From contig QPMI01000176.1 of assembly GCA_004431415.1 (NCBI GenBank), positions 1-64,000 of the forward strand: a stretch of DNA of 64,000 nt. Direction: 5' to 3'. Made by a program: the position numbers and the translations under genes. Under the pieces are notes generated by a model, which saw nothing but the letters and a program-made list of their open reading frames with translations, was not told the origin of the DNA and did no database searches. Origin of the DNA: Cyanophora paradoxa CCMP329. Its lineage: Eukaryota; Plantae; Glaucophyta. Below, piece by piece: positions 23,401-37,204 of this stretch (position 1 is the first letter of the stretch; each line of letters opens with the position of its first letter).

Positions 23401-24492
23401 CGGCGTGAGCGGCGGGGGCGGCGGCGGCGGCGGGGCGGGGCGGGGCGGGGGCGGGGCGCCTTGGAGGGCTTCTTGACGTGGAAGGCGGCGTAGGCGAGGG
23501 CGGCGCCCGAGGCGGAGCGGATGCGCAGGACGATGGGCGAGCTCGTCGTGCCCTTCTTGAGGCGGAACAGGCGCTCCTCGGCGACGTCCAGGCTTAGCGG
23601 CGTCCCGCTGACGAGGTCCACGTGGCCCGTGTGCGCGTACCCCGCGTCCGCGATCTTCGCCTCGATCTCCTGCAGGATACTCTTGAAGGACTGGTTCGCC
23701 TTCTTCAGCCGCGAGCGGTAGCTCCGCGACGCCGGCCGCGAGGGCGGGCCGCTCCCGGCCCCGCCCCCGCCCTCCGGGGCGGCCTCGCCGCGGCGCGGGG
23801 AGGGGTGGGGGCCCCTCTCGTGCGGCCCCTCCTCGCCGAAGTGCGCGTGGGCGCCCCGGTGGCCGTGGGCGTGGCCGTGGCGTGGGCGAGCGCGTGGGGG
23901 GCCGCCCCGTGGGCGCGGACGACGTCGGCCTCCTCCTCCTCCTCCCCGCGGTCCCCGTCCGCGTCCGCGTCGTCCAGGTGCACCAGCAGGTCCGCGTGCA
24001 GCGACGGGATCTTGAACCGGCTGCACGCGCGTCGGCCCGCGCGGGGCGGCGCGGGGCGGGGCGGGGCCCGCGGCGCGTGGCGGGGCGCGCACATCGTCGC
24101 CGAGCCCTCCGCCTCTGCGCGGAACTCCAGGGCAGTCGCTTGCGAAATCGAGCTGTCGCTCTGCGGCAGCGCAGGCGGCGCGCGGATCAGGCGCGGCCGC
24201 TACGGCGCCGCGCGGGACGGACCTGCGGCAGAACGGAGGGACGCCGGCGCTCGATCCTCACGCGGGGAGCGGCCGAGCCCTCCAGGACGTCAGACCCGCC
24301 CCGTTTCTTCTTCCACGCGTGGTACGTGTCGCCCACCAGCGCCTTGAGCTCTGCGTGCGGGCCGGCGGGCACGATCGGAACCTCGGCCGCGGGCGGCTCC
24401 CCCAGGCCCAACCAGCCGAGCGCGAAACTTAGCTATCACGCACCGTCGATTTTCCTCGCCGAGACGTCGCTGTGGCCCAGCGTCCCCTCCAT
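20436..24492 (-). CDS. Hypothetical protein, multi-exon, beta-rich central region and long Pro/Ser-rich disordered C-terminal half
   Basis: MEGTLGHSDVSARKID|ELKALVGDTYHAWKKKR splices in frame. Further exons are KKANQSFKSILQEIEAKIADAGY..IVLRIRSASGAALAYAAFHVKKPSK, ELHIGVYPTV, VLVVNLVAV and GQLFISPEHALFGGGLFSACIDF. It has an acidic DEDEDEEDEGEE tract and ends PTDAY*. No family recognised. Confidence 0.6.
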
Positions 24493-24923
24493 CCCACGAA
24501 GCGGCCAGCGAGTCCTGTCAGCTCGTGGACGCTCCTTGAGTGCTTGCAATCGAATCGGAGACTCGGCGGATATAACGTGGAGGCTGCTGCGGGGCCAAGG
24601 CGGCGCTGGCGCCAACTTGCCTCAACCTTGCGAGGACTGTCTGCAGCGCTAGCTAGATCAAGCTCCTGCTTGAGAGCTCAGATGCGCACCAGCAGTCGGC
24701 CCAGAGGCTTTCCCGCTCCGCTCACTGCGGCGCTCAGGCAACGATTTGCACGTACCCCCTTCCACGAAGCGATTCAAGCGAAGGGAGCTTAGGGAGCTCA
24801 GGGAGCTTAGCGCTGCAGCATACAGAGTCCACGGCCGACCAGTCCGCCAGACCGCCGCCCGACCAGCTTGACGGCTAGCTCGAGTTTGCGACGCCGCTGC
24901 AGCTGCAGAGGCGATCAGCTGCC

Positions 24924-26487
24924 ATGGGCGGCGCATTACTCAACGACGACGGCGGCGACGGCGAGAAGATCCCTCGCGCGCGCGTGCTGACCGCTGACAT
25001 CCTGGCGGGCTACATTGGCGGCAGCGCAAAGTACATCCTCTTCCACCCGTTCGAGTGCGCCGCATCCGAATCCAATTACGCGTTAGCGCGCCGCAAGCCG
25101 CGACCAACGGCGCCGTCGCCGCGCAGCACGCTCTCGACGATCCTCGAGGCAGACCGGGGCGCCACGAGCCTGCCGCGGGCGCTCTCGCGCCTCGTGTCGG
25201 ACGGTGGCGTCCAGGCGCTCTTCGCGGGGGTGCGCAAGCGCAAGCGCGTCCGCTCCGCCGCTCGACGCGCACGCGCGCAGCTCCCGACGACCTTGGCGCT
25301 GGGTTTTCCCTACGCCGCGATCTACCACTCCGTCTTCGCGACGGTCTGTCCGCCGCGCTCCCGCGCGGGCGCTCTAGATCTCTCTCCGCCCACGCCCGCG
25401 GCGCGGCAGGTGCGGGACGCGGCCAGCTCCTCCGACGCCATGCGCGGCGGGGCCGCCTCCGCCGTCGCCGCCGCGAGCGCCGCCGCCGCCGGCGCAATCA
25501 TCGGCGTCCCCTCCGAGTGCCTCAAGCACAGGTGCCCTCGCACTGCGCGACCCTGTGCCGGGGCGCCGCTCACCCCGCGGGGGCGGCCGGGCGGCAGGCT
25601 GCAGGTGGGGCAGTACGGGAGCGTGGGGGAGGCGCTGGGGCGGACGCTGGGGAGGCGGGGCTCGTGGCGGGAGCTGTACGCCGGCTTCGCCTCCACCCTC
25701 CTCCGCAACGTCCCCTACAACGCCATCCAGTTCGGTCCGCGCCGCCCCCTCCCGGAGGGAGTCCTCGCCCCCCCACCCGCCTCGGGCGCCGAGCCGGCGG
25801 GGGGGGCGGGGGCCAGGGACCTTCGCGGGGCTGCAGCGGGGCTGGAGCGCGGCGCGGGGGCGGCCGACGACGGGCGCCGAGGACGCGGCCATCGGCTCCG
25901 CCGCCGGCCTCCTGACCGCCATCGGCACCAACCCCATCGACGTCGGCGCGCCCCGCCCCTCCCCAGCTCCCCCCGGTCCCGCTCCTGCCCTCGCGAGCCC
26001 CTCGCGCAGTCAACACGCGGCTCCAGGTGTATCCCTCCACCGCCGACGGCGCCGGCTCGGGGGTGCGCGCCCCGGCGGCGACGCCTCTCGCCGACCGCTC
26101 ACCGCGCCCCAGGCCGCCTACCGGGGGGTACGCGACGCCTTCGGGCGGATCGTGCGGGAGGAGGGGGCCCCCGCCCTCTTCAAGGTACGCCCGCACGCCC
26201 GGCCCCGGCGCGGCGCCGCCGGGCGCCTGAGGCGTGCGGGCAGGGGGTGGTGCCCGGGTGGCGGCCTGGGCCCCTCCGGCGCCGTCTTCTTCGCCGTCTA
26301 CGAGCGCGTCCGGCGGAGGATCCTGCGCGCGGGGCGCCCGCCCGCCCCAGCCGCCTCCGCCGCCGCGAGGCGAGCCGCCGGCGGGGGGCCTGCGCCTGCG
26401 CCGAAGGGCCGACCGCAGAGGGCCGCGCACGCGCACGCGCAGCCCCTCTTCCTCGCCGCCCCCGCCGCTTTTCGGATCCGCTCGTAG
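24924..26487 (+). CDS. Mitochondrial carrier family protein (S-adenosylmethionine-carrier-like)
   Basis: Three Px[D/E]xx[K/R]-like signatures: HPFxTLST (degenerate, split by an intron), VPSECLKHRLQ and NPIDVVNTRLQ. Also LYAGFASTLLRNVPYNAIQF, YRGVRDAFGRIVREEGAPALFKG and GAVFFAVYE. There is an apparent 2-base loss in C-runs near 26250-26270. Confidence 0.88.
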
Positions 26488-26776
26488 GCGGCCCAAGTGC
26501 ACATTGCACCCGCTGCTCTTCGACGTGCCGTATGCTCGCTTCGAATTCGACGCTTGCACGAGAACGCGGATTTGAAAATTCGCTCAAAATTACCTAACGG
26601 TGCGAAAATCGGTAATGAGAAAGACGAGGGTGCCGGGCCAACATAAAGAGCGTTGAACTACGACTCTACATCTAAGCGTACGGCATCGATCTATCGAAAG
26701 GGCCGCGGGGCGCCCGCGGGAAATTAAAGCCGGCCTCTAGCGAAACTCTCGGGGAGGGCTGGACGGGGGGTAAAGC

Positions 26777-28147
26777 TCAGCGGGAGGCCGGGGCGGCGGG
26801 ATCGGAGGCCGCGGAGAAGGCGAGGCCGGCGTCGGGCTGCCACTGCCGCGTGAACGGCTCCTGCGGGCCGCGTGACGTCACGCCCCGGGAGGCGGCGCGG
26901 GGGGGAGAGGGCGGGCGGGCACCAGGTAGCTCGTGAGACTCGACCCGCTGATGTTCTCGACCTCGTGCGAGGTGACTGCGGGGAACAGGTCGGGGGTACG
27001 CGGCGGGAGAGGGGGTAGGGGGAGACGCGGACCAAGCCCTTCGGGGCTGCGGCGGGGTCGCAGGGGCGAAGCAGAGTCAGATACAAAACGGCGGTGCCCG
27101 CAGAAACGGGACGGCGGCGCGGGGCGGCGCTCACTCGATCGTGTACGTCGAGAAGCTGCGCAGAAACGGGGCAAGCGAGCGTCGGCGGGGCGCGGCGCGC
27201 GGGGTAGGCATGGAGGCGGCGGGCGGACCCGTCGTAGAAGAACTCATCCCCTCCCGTGCGGGGCACGCCGCGCATCGTCCAGCGCACCTGCCGCGCGCGG
27301 GGCGTCGGAGGCCGGGGCGCCGCGGCGCCCCGCGCGGAATCCGATCGCACCTTGACGGTGTCGTTCGTCGGCTGCGTGATGCGCAGCACGTCCAGGTGCA
27401 TGTGGCTGAAGATCATGTTGCCGTGGAACCGCAGCGCCCACCTGCGCGCGCGTCGGCCCGGCGGCGGGCGGCGAACAGGCCGCAGCGCCTGCGGACATGA
27501 TCGTCTGGTAGGCGTTCTTGCCGTGCGTCCGGACGAGGCCGTCGTGGAATTCAATGTCGTCATGGTAGATATCGTAGCTGAGCCCCTAAACAAGAACTGT
27601 GTCATCGGCAGCGCGGCGACGGCTGGGCACGCGCAGAGTCAATTGCATGCGCAGACCCGCTCAAAGAAGTTCGGCAGCTCATCGCGGAGGCGGTCGAGCG
27701 TCTTGCCAATGTTACAGAGCTTCTCCTGCTGCTTCTTCAGCCTGCGATCAAAAGGCGGGGATCATCAGGCGAGGCGAGCCCGCGGACGGCTTGGCCTTCG
27801 CACGCGCGCTGGACGCCGTCGCGGCGCCGGCGTACGTCGCGCAAATGACATCTAAAGTGGACGCACTGCTCGGCAGCATGCGGATCGGTGGGCTTTTCGT
27901 CGGCCGAACAGCGGACGGAGTGCGAAGTATGCGTCCTCGCGGTCCTTTCAAACCTCGCGGCCCCAGTCCGTCCAAGCCAATGGACGCGGACGTCTGAGCG
28001 GAGCGGCGAGCGCTGTGCCGGCTGCCGTGGGGTCCAGCCCGGAACTGCGGAACACAATTGCCTTGCAACTGAGCAGATCGGGAGTCTGCCCATCGCGCGG
28101 GCTGGCAATGAGGAGGGCGAGACGAAGAGCGTTGGCGCTGAAAGCAT
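26777..28147 (-). CDS. DUF2358 / C6orf136-like NTF2-fold protein with probable organellar transit peptide
   Basis: Exons LDRLRDELPNFF, SYDIYHDDIEFHD..GKNAYQTI, WALRFHGNMIFSHMHLDVLRITQP, VRWTMRGVPR..YDG, FSTYTI and HEVENI. The Ser/Arg-rich N-terminus is MLSAPTLFVSPSS. Confidence 0.78.
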
Positions 28148-28669
28148 GCTGCTGCTGCTGCTTTGGAGAAGTTCGGCTGTCAAGGTGGGGTACGTGCTGT
28201 CAGGGGACTTCAACTGCGGCACGCGCACGTGCGGCATGCGCATGCTAGCCAGCTAGCGCTGCAGGGACAGGCACAGCCGCACAGGCACCCGGCGCCGGCG
28301 TCACTTGCGGCGAGGATCCGGAGTTACAAAGCCTAGCTTGAAATTTAAAGTGCAGCTATATTATGACAGTCAACACACAAGTGCAGTGGCGTGTCAACAC
28401 ACTTTCTGCAATCTTATTAACGTCTCTAGAGTCTCAGAGACTGTAAGGATCAAGCGACTCCGACTAAGTCTGCCTGCAAGGCTATACAAACATTATCTAG
28501 TCTAGATCTGGTGTCTAGCTCAACACAAACGTCGAAAAGACGAAAACAAATCAAACAAGGCCCCGAGGGTCGTCTGTAACTGTCATGAATGAAGATGTCA
28601 CTGCCTCTGTACTAGCGTGTACGAATGCAAATACCAGAGCGAAGTCAAACGAAAGGCAGCCCTCCGGGA

Positions 28670-30567
28670 CTAGGCGGGCGGGGCCCGGGGGCCGGGGCGG
28701 GGCCGGGCGGCGAGGGCGGCGCGCATGCGGGCGAGGGCGGCGGGGGAGAGGGCGGGGCACTCGAGGAGGTCGGCCTCCCGGAGGGAGGGGGCGGCCCCCG
28801 CCGCGATGGCCAGCGGGAAGGCGTCCGTCAGGCACGCCAGGCGCTGCACCGCCAGCGAGCGCAGGCGCGGCAGGCCGCACACGGCGCGCAGCAGCGCAGC
28901 CTCGCCGGCGCAGCCCGGCGGGGCGGGGTGGAGGAGGAGGAGGAAGAGGGAGCGGAGGAGGGGGCAGTGGCGGGGGAGGGCCTCGCAGAGGGCGGGGGTG
29001 AGGGCCCCCACGCTGATCGCCAGCTCCGAGAGGCCCCGAAGAGGGGCGCCAGGGCGGCCGCCGCGTGCGGGGCCGGGCAGCAGAGGGAGAGGGCGCGGGG
29101 CGGGGGCCGGGGGCGGGGCCGGGGCCGGGGCGCGGGGCGAGGGCGGCGCGGAGGGCGGCGGGGGCGCGGGGGTCGGCGAAGTCGACGTCGGCGACGGCGG
29201 CCTTGCGGAAGGCGACGGGCACCGCCGCCAGCGCCTCCAGCTCGGCCAGCCCGCTGCACGCGATCTGGCGGGGAGCCGTCGGCGCCGGTCCGACGGCGGG
29301 GCCGGCCGGCGGAGCGGGGCGGGAGCGGACCTTGCCGACGCGGGCGAGGCGGGGCAGGGCGGCGCGGAGGCGGGGCAGGGCGGAGATGGGGACGGTGCCG
29401 GCGGCGAGGCTCTCGAGGTGCGGGGAGAGGGGGAGGGAGCCGACGTCCGGGGCCGCCGAGGCCGCCCCGTGGCAGCGCAGCGAGGCGAGGACCGGGCACA
29501 GCCGCGCCGCCGGCTCCAGCATCCGCCGCCGCACTGCCGCCCCCCGGCGTGAGGGGCGGGGGGGGGGGGGGGGGGGGGGGGGAGGGGGGGGAGAGGGAGG
29601 GGTACAGTGCGGACCGGCGAGGCGGCACTCGGCGCGAATGGAGGGGTCGTAGAGGCGCAGATCCACGGAAAGGCGCTCCAGGCCGCCCCCGCACACGCGC
29701 AGCACCTGCCGCAGCACGCCTGCCGCGCCGCGCTCAGCGGGGCGGGGGGCGCGGGGCGGGGGGCCGGGGCGGGGCGCACTGGCGACGCGGGGGGTGCCCG
29801 CGTGGCCGAAGTCGGAGAGGGAGAAGAAGACGACGGCGAGGCGGAGGGAGCGGAGGCGCGAGAAGCGCGGCTGCGCGAGGCTCCGGCAGGCCTGGCGGAG
29901 CGCCGGCGCCGTCCCGTACCGCCGCTGCGTCTCCGGCGCCTGCCGCCGCAGCCCGACGGCGATCCGCACGGACGCCTCGCGCCCTGCGCGAGCCGAACTC
30001 AGCGCGGCGCAATGCCTCCTCGCGGGCGGAATCGCGAAAGACGAACACGGGGCGTCCGGGCTGCTGAGCAGCTCGCGCCAGCGGCGGCAGACGAGCATAG
30101 CCGCGCACTTCTCGCCGTTCGTCAGATACGAGAAGACGAGCTGTGCGAGCTCGTCCGGGAGGGACGCGCATGGCGGCTGCGGCTGCGGCTGCTGGGGCGG
30201 ATCAAATTCCACCTCGGCCGCGGAGAACGGGCTAGGGGATCCCGGCGCGGTGTCGGGGATCGACGACGTATCATCTGATGATGCGTGGTGCGAGGAGGGC
30301 GACGGCAGAATGCAGGGTCTCTCTTCGTCAAGGTCGATTGCGAGGCGGAGGAGGGGCCGGGCGCGAACGTGGCGAGAACTGAAAGAATGAGAATGAGCCG
30401 GGACAACGTGCGCCGGCTTGCATAGTGGCGTGGAGAAGGGTTGCGAACCGCGCGTCGCTGCTGTGGACGGCGGCAGAGTTCCTCTTCGGGGGTCGGCCCG
30501 AGAGCGCGGAATCCTTCATCTTAGCCGCGTCAAAGCCGCGTGAGCGGCTGGCGGGTGGCTCAGGCAT
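28670..30567 (-). CDS. F-box/LRR protein (5' end uncertain)
   Basis: F-box SLPDELAQLVFSYLTNGEKCAAMLVCRRWRELL. LRR-like units are FSRLRSLRL, LCPVLASLRC, CPLLRSLFL, LPRLRSLAV and APSLREADLLECPAL. Stop at 28670-28672. Confidence 0.8.
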
Positions 30568-31020
30568 GAAACTACGGTGCCGACGAAGATGGGGGGCGTC
30601 CGACGTCGACCTCGCGCCGCGCGGCGCCGGCTCTGTTGCGGCAGGCCGGTCGCAATTGTCGCTTAATTCGACGGCTGACGACGTCTACAGACGACCTCAA
30701 ACGACGGGCGGAGCCGTTGCGGGGGAGGCCCGGTAAGCCCAAGTTCGGCAAGCCGCGCTTCTCCCAAGGCGTCGGATGGCTTGTTGACGTTGGCGAAAAA
30801 CGTCCCCGCGCGGCTCCTCCGCCTGGGGCGCTTCCCCCCGCGAGCCTTACCGAACCACCCCTTCGGCGCCGTACCCCTATGTCGCGAAAAGAAAAAACTC
30901 CGCAGCCCTGCAGCGTGCGTCGCGCGCGGCGCACCATGAGCCGGGCGCGGCGGCCGCACCGCAAACAAGCAAGCTGCCGCAAACAGCGCTAGCCGCGCAC
31001 ACGCGAAGCGAACAATTGCT

Positions 31021-34000
31021 ATGCAGCCGCCGTCCGGCGGCCGCAGCAGCGGTAGCGGCCCTGGAGGGGCCGCGCCCGACGCGGTCCCGAAAGGCCCCAG
31101 AGGAGCCCTCGCGCTGGGGCGCAGCCTCAGCTTTCGCAGTGCGCATGCGTCCCCACGCGACGCCCCCGGGCGCCCCGCGGCAGCTCCGCCGCGTACACAC
31201 CTAGCCCTTAGCGTCGTCATCGGAAGCCGTCGCCCGTCACCTGGCGGGCGCCGGGCGCCCCGGCACCCCCGCGCGCACCGCCGCGGTCATATCTAAGCCG
31301 CGCGCCGCCACGCGCCGCCCTCCTAGCCAGGAGGATTGCACGTGAATCGCTTGCCTAACGATCTCGTTGCGCCGCAGCCCTCTTCCTGCCGAGAGCGCCG
31401 GCGGCGACGGCGCGAGCGGCGGCGGCCGGCACAACCTCCGTGCGCCTGACGGCCGCCTCGACGATCCAGGCGGCCTTCCGCCGCTACCGGCTCCGGCGCG
31501 CTCTCCTCCGCTACGCGCTGCAGCTCGTCGCCAAGGAAGGGCGCGACTCCAGGCGCGCACCCGCCCCGCCCCGCCCCGCCCCGCCCCGCCGCCCCCCGCC
31601 GCCCCCCGCGGGGAGCGAACCGGGCGGCTGGCTCAGATACTCGTGGGAGCGTGTGAAGGCGCGGGCGGCGGGCGGGTGGCGGACGCTGATGACGACGATC
31701 GGGGCGGCGCGGAGGGAGCGCGAGGCGGAGCGGGCGGGGCTCGTCGGGAGCCTCGCCGCCGCCGCCGCCGCGCCCTCCCCGGAGGACCAGGTCAACGCCC
31801 TCTCCCGCCTCCTCGAGAGCGCCTCCGACCGTGCGCGTACCCCCGCCGCCCCCCGCGCCGTACCCCCGCGAATCCGAGCGCCGCGTCGCGCCCCGCCGGC
31901 GCAGCGTTCAGCAAGGGGGCGTTCGTGAGGGAGGGGGCGGTGCCGCTGCTGCTCGGGGTCGCGCGCGCGCCGCGCTCCCCGCAGGCCCGCATCAAGGCCC
32001 TCCGCGCCCTCGCCGAGCGTGCGCCGCCCCCTCCGCCGCCCCCGCCCCCGCCCCCCGCCCCTGACGGCCCCTCCTCTCGCCCCCCTCAGTCTGCCGCGAC
32101 TGCGGTGCGCCGCCGCGCGCCGGGCCTCGGTCCGAATCCCAGTATTCACGTACCCCCCGCAGCCCCGGCGGCCTTGGAGCTGGCGAAGGAGGCCAGCCTG
32201 GCCGACCTTCTCGCCTTCGTGGTGCGCGCGGCGCCGTACCCCCCGCCGGCGCCCCGGGCGCCGCGCGGGTTCGAGGCGGTACCCCCCCAGCGGGGCGAGT
32301 CGGACTTGGAGGGGCACGTGGCGGTCTTCGACCTGCTCGCCGCCGCCTCTGCGACCCGTGCGCCCCGCGCCGCCCCAGCCCGGCCCGGGATCGCGGGGGA
32401 GGCCGACGAGGGGCGCAGGCGGGGTGAACCTGCGCTGGACGTTCCACGAGGGCCTGGCGGAGGCGCTGGTGCGCTCCCTGAACGACCCCTTCCACAACAA
32501 CGAGTTCCGCGCCGGCGCCGCCGCCTGCCTCCGCAACTGCACCCGGGCGAGCCCGCGCCACCCCCCGGCCCCCCGCCGCCGGCCCCGCTGAGGTCCCCTC
32601 TGCAGTACCGGCCGACGTTCGAGGCGCTGGAGCGGGCGGGGGCCCTCCGCGCCGTCCGCGACCTCTGCGCCCACCCGCACCCCGACCTCTCCGTCCGCCC
32701 CGGCCCCGCCCTTCCCTCGCTTTCATCGGCGCCGACGCGCCCGGCCCGGCCCCGCAGCTCATCGGGCTGGAGGCCCTCCACAACCTCTCCGCCGACCGTG
32801 CCCGCCCCGCCCGCCCCGCCCGCCCTCCCGCCCGACCCCGCGGGGGGCCGCCCGCCGAGCCCCGCTGGGGGACGCGCAGTGGACGCGTGCCGCATGCTGG
32901 CGGAGCTCGGCATCCTCCGCGTCCTCGGGCCCCTCCTCGCCGTCCGCCCCCGGCCCCGGCCCCGCCCTCCGGCGCCGCCCGCCGGCGCCGGCCGACGCGG
33001 CTGCCGGGGCAGGAGGCGGGGGGCGCGGGGAGGGGCCCCTCCTACGCTGCCCTGGGGAGGCTCGCCCGCGTCCGTGCGTCCCCCGGCCGCGAGGGAGGGA
33101 ACGAGGGGGCCCAGCGCTCACCTCGCCCCCCGCCTTTCCTCCCCCGCAGCCGCGCTGCACGAGCATCTGCTCGAGTGGTGCCGCGCCCCGCGCCGGCCCA
33201 TCCCCTCCTCCCTCATCCCTCGTGCCTCACGGGGCGGGGCAGGTGCCCGCGGCTGGCGAGCGCGTGCTTCAGCGACGAGCCGGAGGTCCGGCGCGGCGCG
33301 GGGCTCGCCCTCGCCGCCCTCGCCGCCTCCCGTCCGCCCCGACCCCCGCCGCCCCCCCCCCCTCCCCCGCCTCACTCCTGTACCCCAGCGGCGTACCGGG
33401 AGGAGGTGCTGGCGGACCCGCAGAACGGGTACGCCCTCGTCCCCTTCACCACCGAGGTTCGCAGTCCCCCCCTTCCCCCCTGGAAAGCGCCGCCGGGGCC
33501 CCTGACGCCCGCCGCGCGCAGGAGTTCGGGGAGGAGGCGGAGGCGGCGGACCGCGAGCTCCACGCCGCCGCCGTCCGCGTGCGCCCGCAGCGCCGCCCCG
33601 CGCCCGCACCGGCGCACGCACTCTGAGGCGCCCGGCCCCGCCCCGCAGGCCCTCTACCCGGACCGGGAGCGGGAGCTGGCGCTGCGCGCCCTCACGGTCT
33701 GGTCCGGCCTCGCCAGCGCCGACGCCCGCCTCGTCCGCCCCTGCCCCGGCCCCGCCCCGCCGCGCCGCCGGGGGGCCCACCGAGGGCCCCGCGGCGCGCA
33801 GGTGGCGGAGGCGGAGGAGCGGGCGGACCTCGAGCGCCGAATGCAGGAGACCGGCCGCGCCCTGCCCCGCGTCCGGCCCCCGCCCCGCCTCCTTCTTGAT
33901 GTGTGGGGCGCCCCTCTGACGGCGGCGCGCGCAGATCCCGCCCCGCATGCGCTGGCGCCGCGCCCTCCGCATCCTCAAGGCGCGAGCCGCCGACGGGCCC

Positions 34001-37000
34001 TCGCGCCGGCCCCGCCGGGCCCGCCCCTGACCGCGAGGCGCGCCCCCGCAGGAGCGCAAGGCGGCCGAGCGCCTCAAGCGGCCCCTGCAGCTTCCGCCCG
34101 GGGCGGCGCCGGCGCGGCCCAGCTCCTCCCGCCCCGTCGCCGGCCCGCTAACACGGCGCGGGCGCAGGAGACGGCGAGGAGCCCCGCGCTGACCGAGCGG
34201 GAGGCGGCGGCCCCGGTGCGTCCCTCCCTGCCGCTGCCGCTGCCGCCCCGGCGCCCGGCGAGCCGACCGGGGCGCGCAGGGCTCCCTGCGGCGCTTCAAC
34301 AAGGAGCCGCCCGCCTCCTCCTCGGGCAGGTCCACCCCCACCGACGCCCGCGCCGCCGTCCGCCCTCCCCGCTCCCCCTTCCTCCTCCCCGCCCGGCCGC
34401 GCGCGCGCTCACGGGCGGGCTTCGGCAGCGGGCGGCGGCGCTGGGCTGGGGCGGGGCCGAGTCGCCCGGGGGCGCCCGCGCGCTCTCCCCGTCGCCCTCG
34501 TTCGCGCGCTCGCGCCTCTCGCAGCTGCAGGGCAGCCTCCGCTCCTCCTTCAAGAAGCCACCCGCCGCCTCCTCCGCATCGCCCTCCCCGGGGCTGGGGC
34601 CCTCGCGGCGAGACTCGTCGGCGGCGGGGGCGGGGGCGGAGGCCCCTCGCGACCCCTCCGTCTCCGCCCCGCCGGCCCCGCGCCCGCCGGCCTCGGTGCC
34701 GCCCGCCGCCGCTCCGCGGAGACCGGGCCGGCTGCGCCCCCCGCGCCCCGGCGGGCGCCCGAGGGCGACGGGGCGGAGCCGTGGGCCTCGCCGGCGGCGC
34801 GGCGGGGCGGGGCGGCGGGCGAGGGCGGCGGCGGGCAGCCGCGCAAGCTCTCCAAGTCGGAGCGGGCCCCGCCGCGGCGCGCGGCGGCGAGCGAGGCCGG
34901 CCCCGCCGCCTCGGGCCCGGAGGTGGCGGGGGCGAGCGGGGAGACGCCGCCGCGGCGGCCCTCGAAGTCCCTCGCGGCGGCGGGGGGGGCGCGGAAGGGG
35001 ACGGAGGCGCGGGAGAACCCCTTCGTCCTCAACTTCTTCCAGGTCTCTCTCTCCCCCCTCCCCCCCCCCCCCCCCCCCCCCCGCCCCTCTCCCCCGCTTT
35101 TTTTGCTTTGCTTTGCCCCCGCCCCCTCGAGCCTTGGGGCGCAGGAGCTGCGGCTGCGGGCGGTCGCCGAGGGCCTCGTGCCCCGCCACGGCGCCCCCGC
35201 CGCCGCCGCCGCCGCCCCCTCGGAGGACGCCGACGTCGAGTACGCCCCCGGGGGGACGAGGCGGCCCCTGCGAGGGCCGGCGGGGGTACAGCCCTGTCCA
35301 CCATCCCGTCGCTCGCGGGGCCGGCGGGCGGCGCCCTCTCGAGCCTGGGCTCCCTCCTCGCCCCCGGGAGCCCCCTCGCCTCCCTCTCCTCCGCGCCTCT
35401 CCAGGCGCCCCTCGGCGGCCCCCGCGCCCCGCTCGCCTCCCTCGCCGGCCCTCCCCCGGCCCCAGCCCCTTCGGCGCCGCCCTTGGGGCCGCCCTCGGCG
35501 CCCTCGGCGCGCGCGCGCCGCTCGCGTCGTTCGCCGGCCCGTCCCTCCTCGCGCCGGCGGCGGCGGCGGGGCCGCCCGGGCCCCCTCGACGCTGCAGCGG
35601 TGGTCGGGGCCGCCCGGGCAGGCGAGCCTCGGCCACTGGTCGGCCCTCTCGTTCCTCCAGGCCCCCTCGGGGCCCGCCCCGCTCGCCCCCGCCGCCTCCG
35701 CGCCCCCCGCCCTCGCCGCCCGCCCCGGCCCCGCCGCTTTCGACGCCATCCCGTGGGCCATCCAGGCCGGCCCGCCCAGGGTCCTCCCGATGGGGCCCGG
35801 GGAGGCAGAGGGGGCGGCGGGCTCTGGCTCGGGCCCCCCCTCGCCGACCTTCGAATACGCAGCGACGCCCCTGACCATGAGTGTCCGCGCCGAGGAGTGG
35901 AGCCCTGGTGCGCACGTCCCTCGCCCCTCCCCGCCCCGCCCCGCCCGGCGCCGTCGGAGACGGGTTGGCAGGGCCCTCGAAGGCGCCGACGCTGGCGGGC
36001 CGCGCGCCGCGCGCGCCTCGCCGGCCGCGGAGGTCGCCGGCCGCCTCGCCTCGGGGGCGCCTTCGTGCCCCCCCCCGCTCCGACCCCGCCCTCCAGGCCC
36101 GCGCAGCTCCCCCCGTGCCCGGCTGTACCCCTCCGCTTCCTGGCTTCCTGACTGGCTGTACCCCCGCAGCTGCCGCAGTTCTCGGCGGAGGCGCTGGCGA
36201 CGCGGGCCTTGGGGGCGCCGGCCCCGGCGGGGGCCCCCTCGCCCTCCTCCCGCCCCGGGCCCCGACCCCGCCTCCATCCTCTCCTCCCTCCTCGCCGCCG
36301 TCCTCCCCGCCCCGGACCCCGCCCCGGCCCCGCCGCCCGCCCCCGCCGCCCCACCTACCCCTGCCCTCGGCGCCCTGGCCCCGGCCCCGGCCCCGGCGCC
36401 GCTCGCCTTCTCCGCCGCCCCGCGGCGGCCGAGCACGGCGGCCGGCACGCTCGCGCCCCCGCTCCGCGACGCGCGCTCCCTCTCGCCCCGCCCGCACGCG
36501 CCGCCGCCGCGGGCTCCCCACGGCCCCCCCACGCCGCGCCCTCCCTCCCCGCCCTCCCCAACGCCCGCCCCTTCTCCCCCGTCGTCGCCCCCGAGCACCT
36601 CGCCACCCCGCCCCGGCTCCGGCCCCGGCCACCGCAGCCCTTCGGCGCCTACGCCGTGCTCCGATCCGCCGTGCGCCCCCCACCCTCCGCCTCCTCCTCG
36701 CGAGGCGCGCCGGCCTCTGACGCCGTACCCGACAGGGGCTTCCGGGCGCTGCGGAGGCTGCCGGGGGCACGCCGCGGGCGCGCCCCGCCTCGCTGCTCTC
36801 CGTCGCGCCCGCCGCCGCCGACCGCAGCCCGTCGCCCCGCGCCCTCCTGCGCCCCCTGCACAGGGCCCCGGCGAGCCGGCCCCGCCCGCCTCGGCCCCGC
36901 GCCTTGAGGCCGGCGGGGCCTCGAGCTCGCCGCTGGCCGTCGCCCAGCAGCGCCCCTCGCCCGTGCACCGCGCCGGCTCGGGGCTCGTGCGGAGGGACCC

Positions 37001-37204
37001 GCCCGGCTTCTTTGGCGCCTCTCGCATCGAAGGCATCAAGTCCAGGGTGCGGATCGACCGCAGCTGCTGCCCCCCTCCCCGCCCTTGGGCGCTCGCAACT
37101 CACAGGGCGGCGTGCCCCAGGCGCGGGACGAGTACCAGCTGCGGAGGAGCGAGGAGGTCTCCGCCGCGCCCCTCTCGCGCCGCCTCACGGGCCCGGGCCG
37201 ATGA
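31021..37204 (+). CDS. IQ-motif + Armadillo-repeat protein with long Pro/Ser-rich C-terminal region
   Basis: The exon from ATG 31021 splices in frame to the IQ motif AASTIQAAFRRYRLRR. ARM-like exons are AFVREGAVPLLLGVA..ARIKALRALAEL, GLAEALVRSL..FRAGAAACLRNC, LERAGALRAVRDLC..GLEALHNLS and CRMLAELGILRVLGPLL. The likely last exon is ARDEYQLRRSEE..GPGR*. Confidence 0.7.
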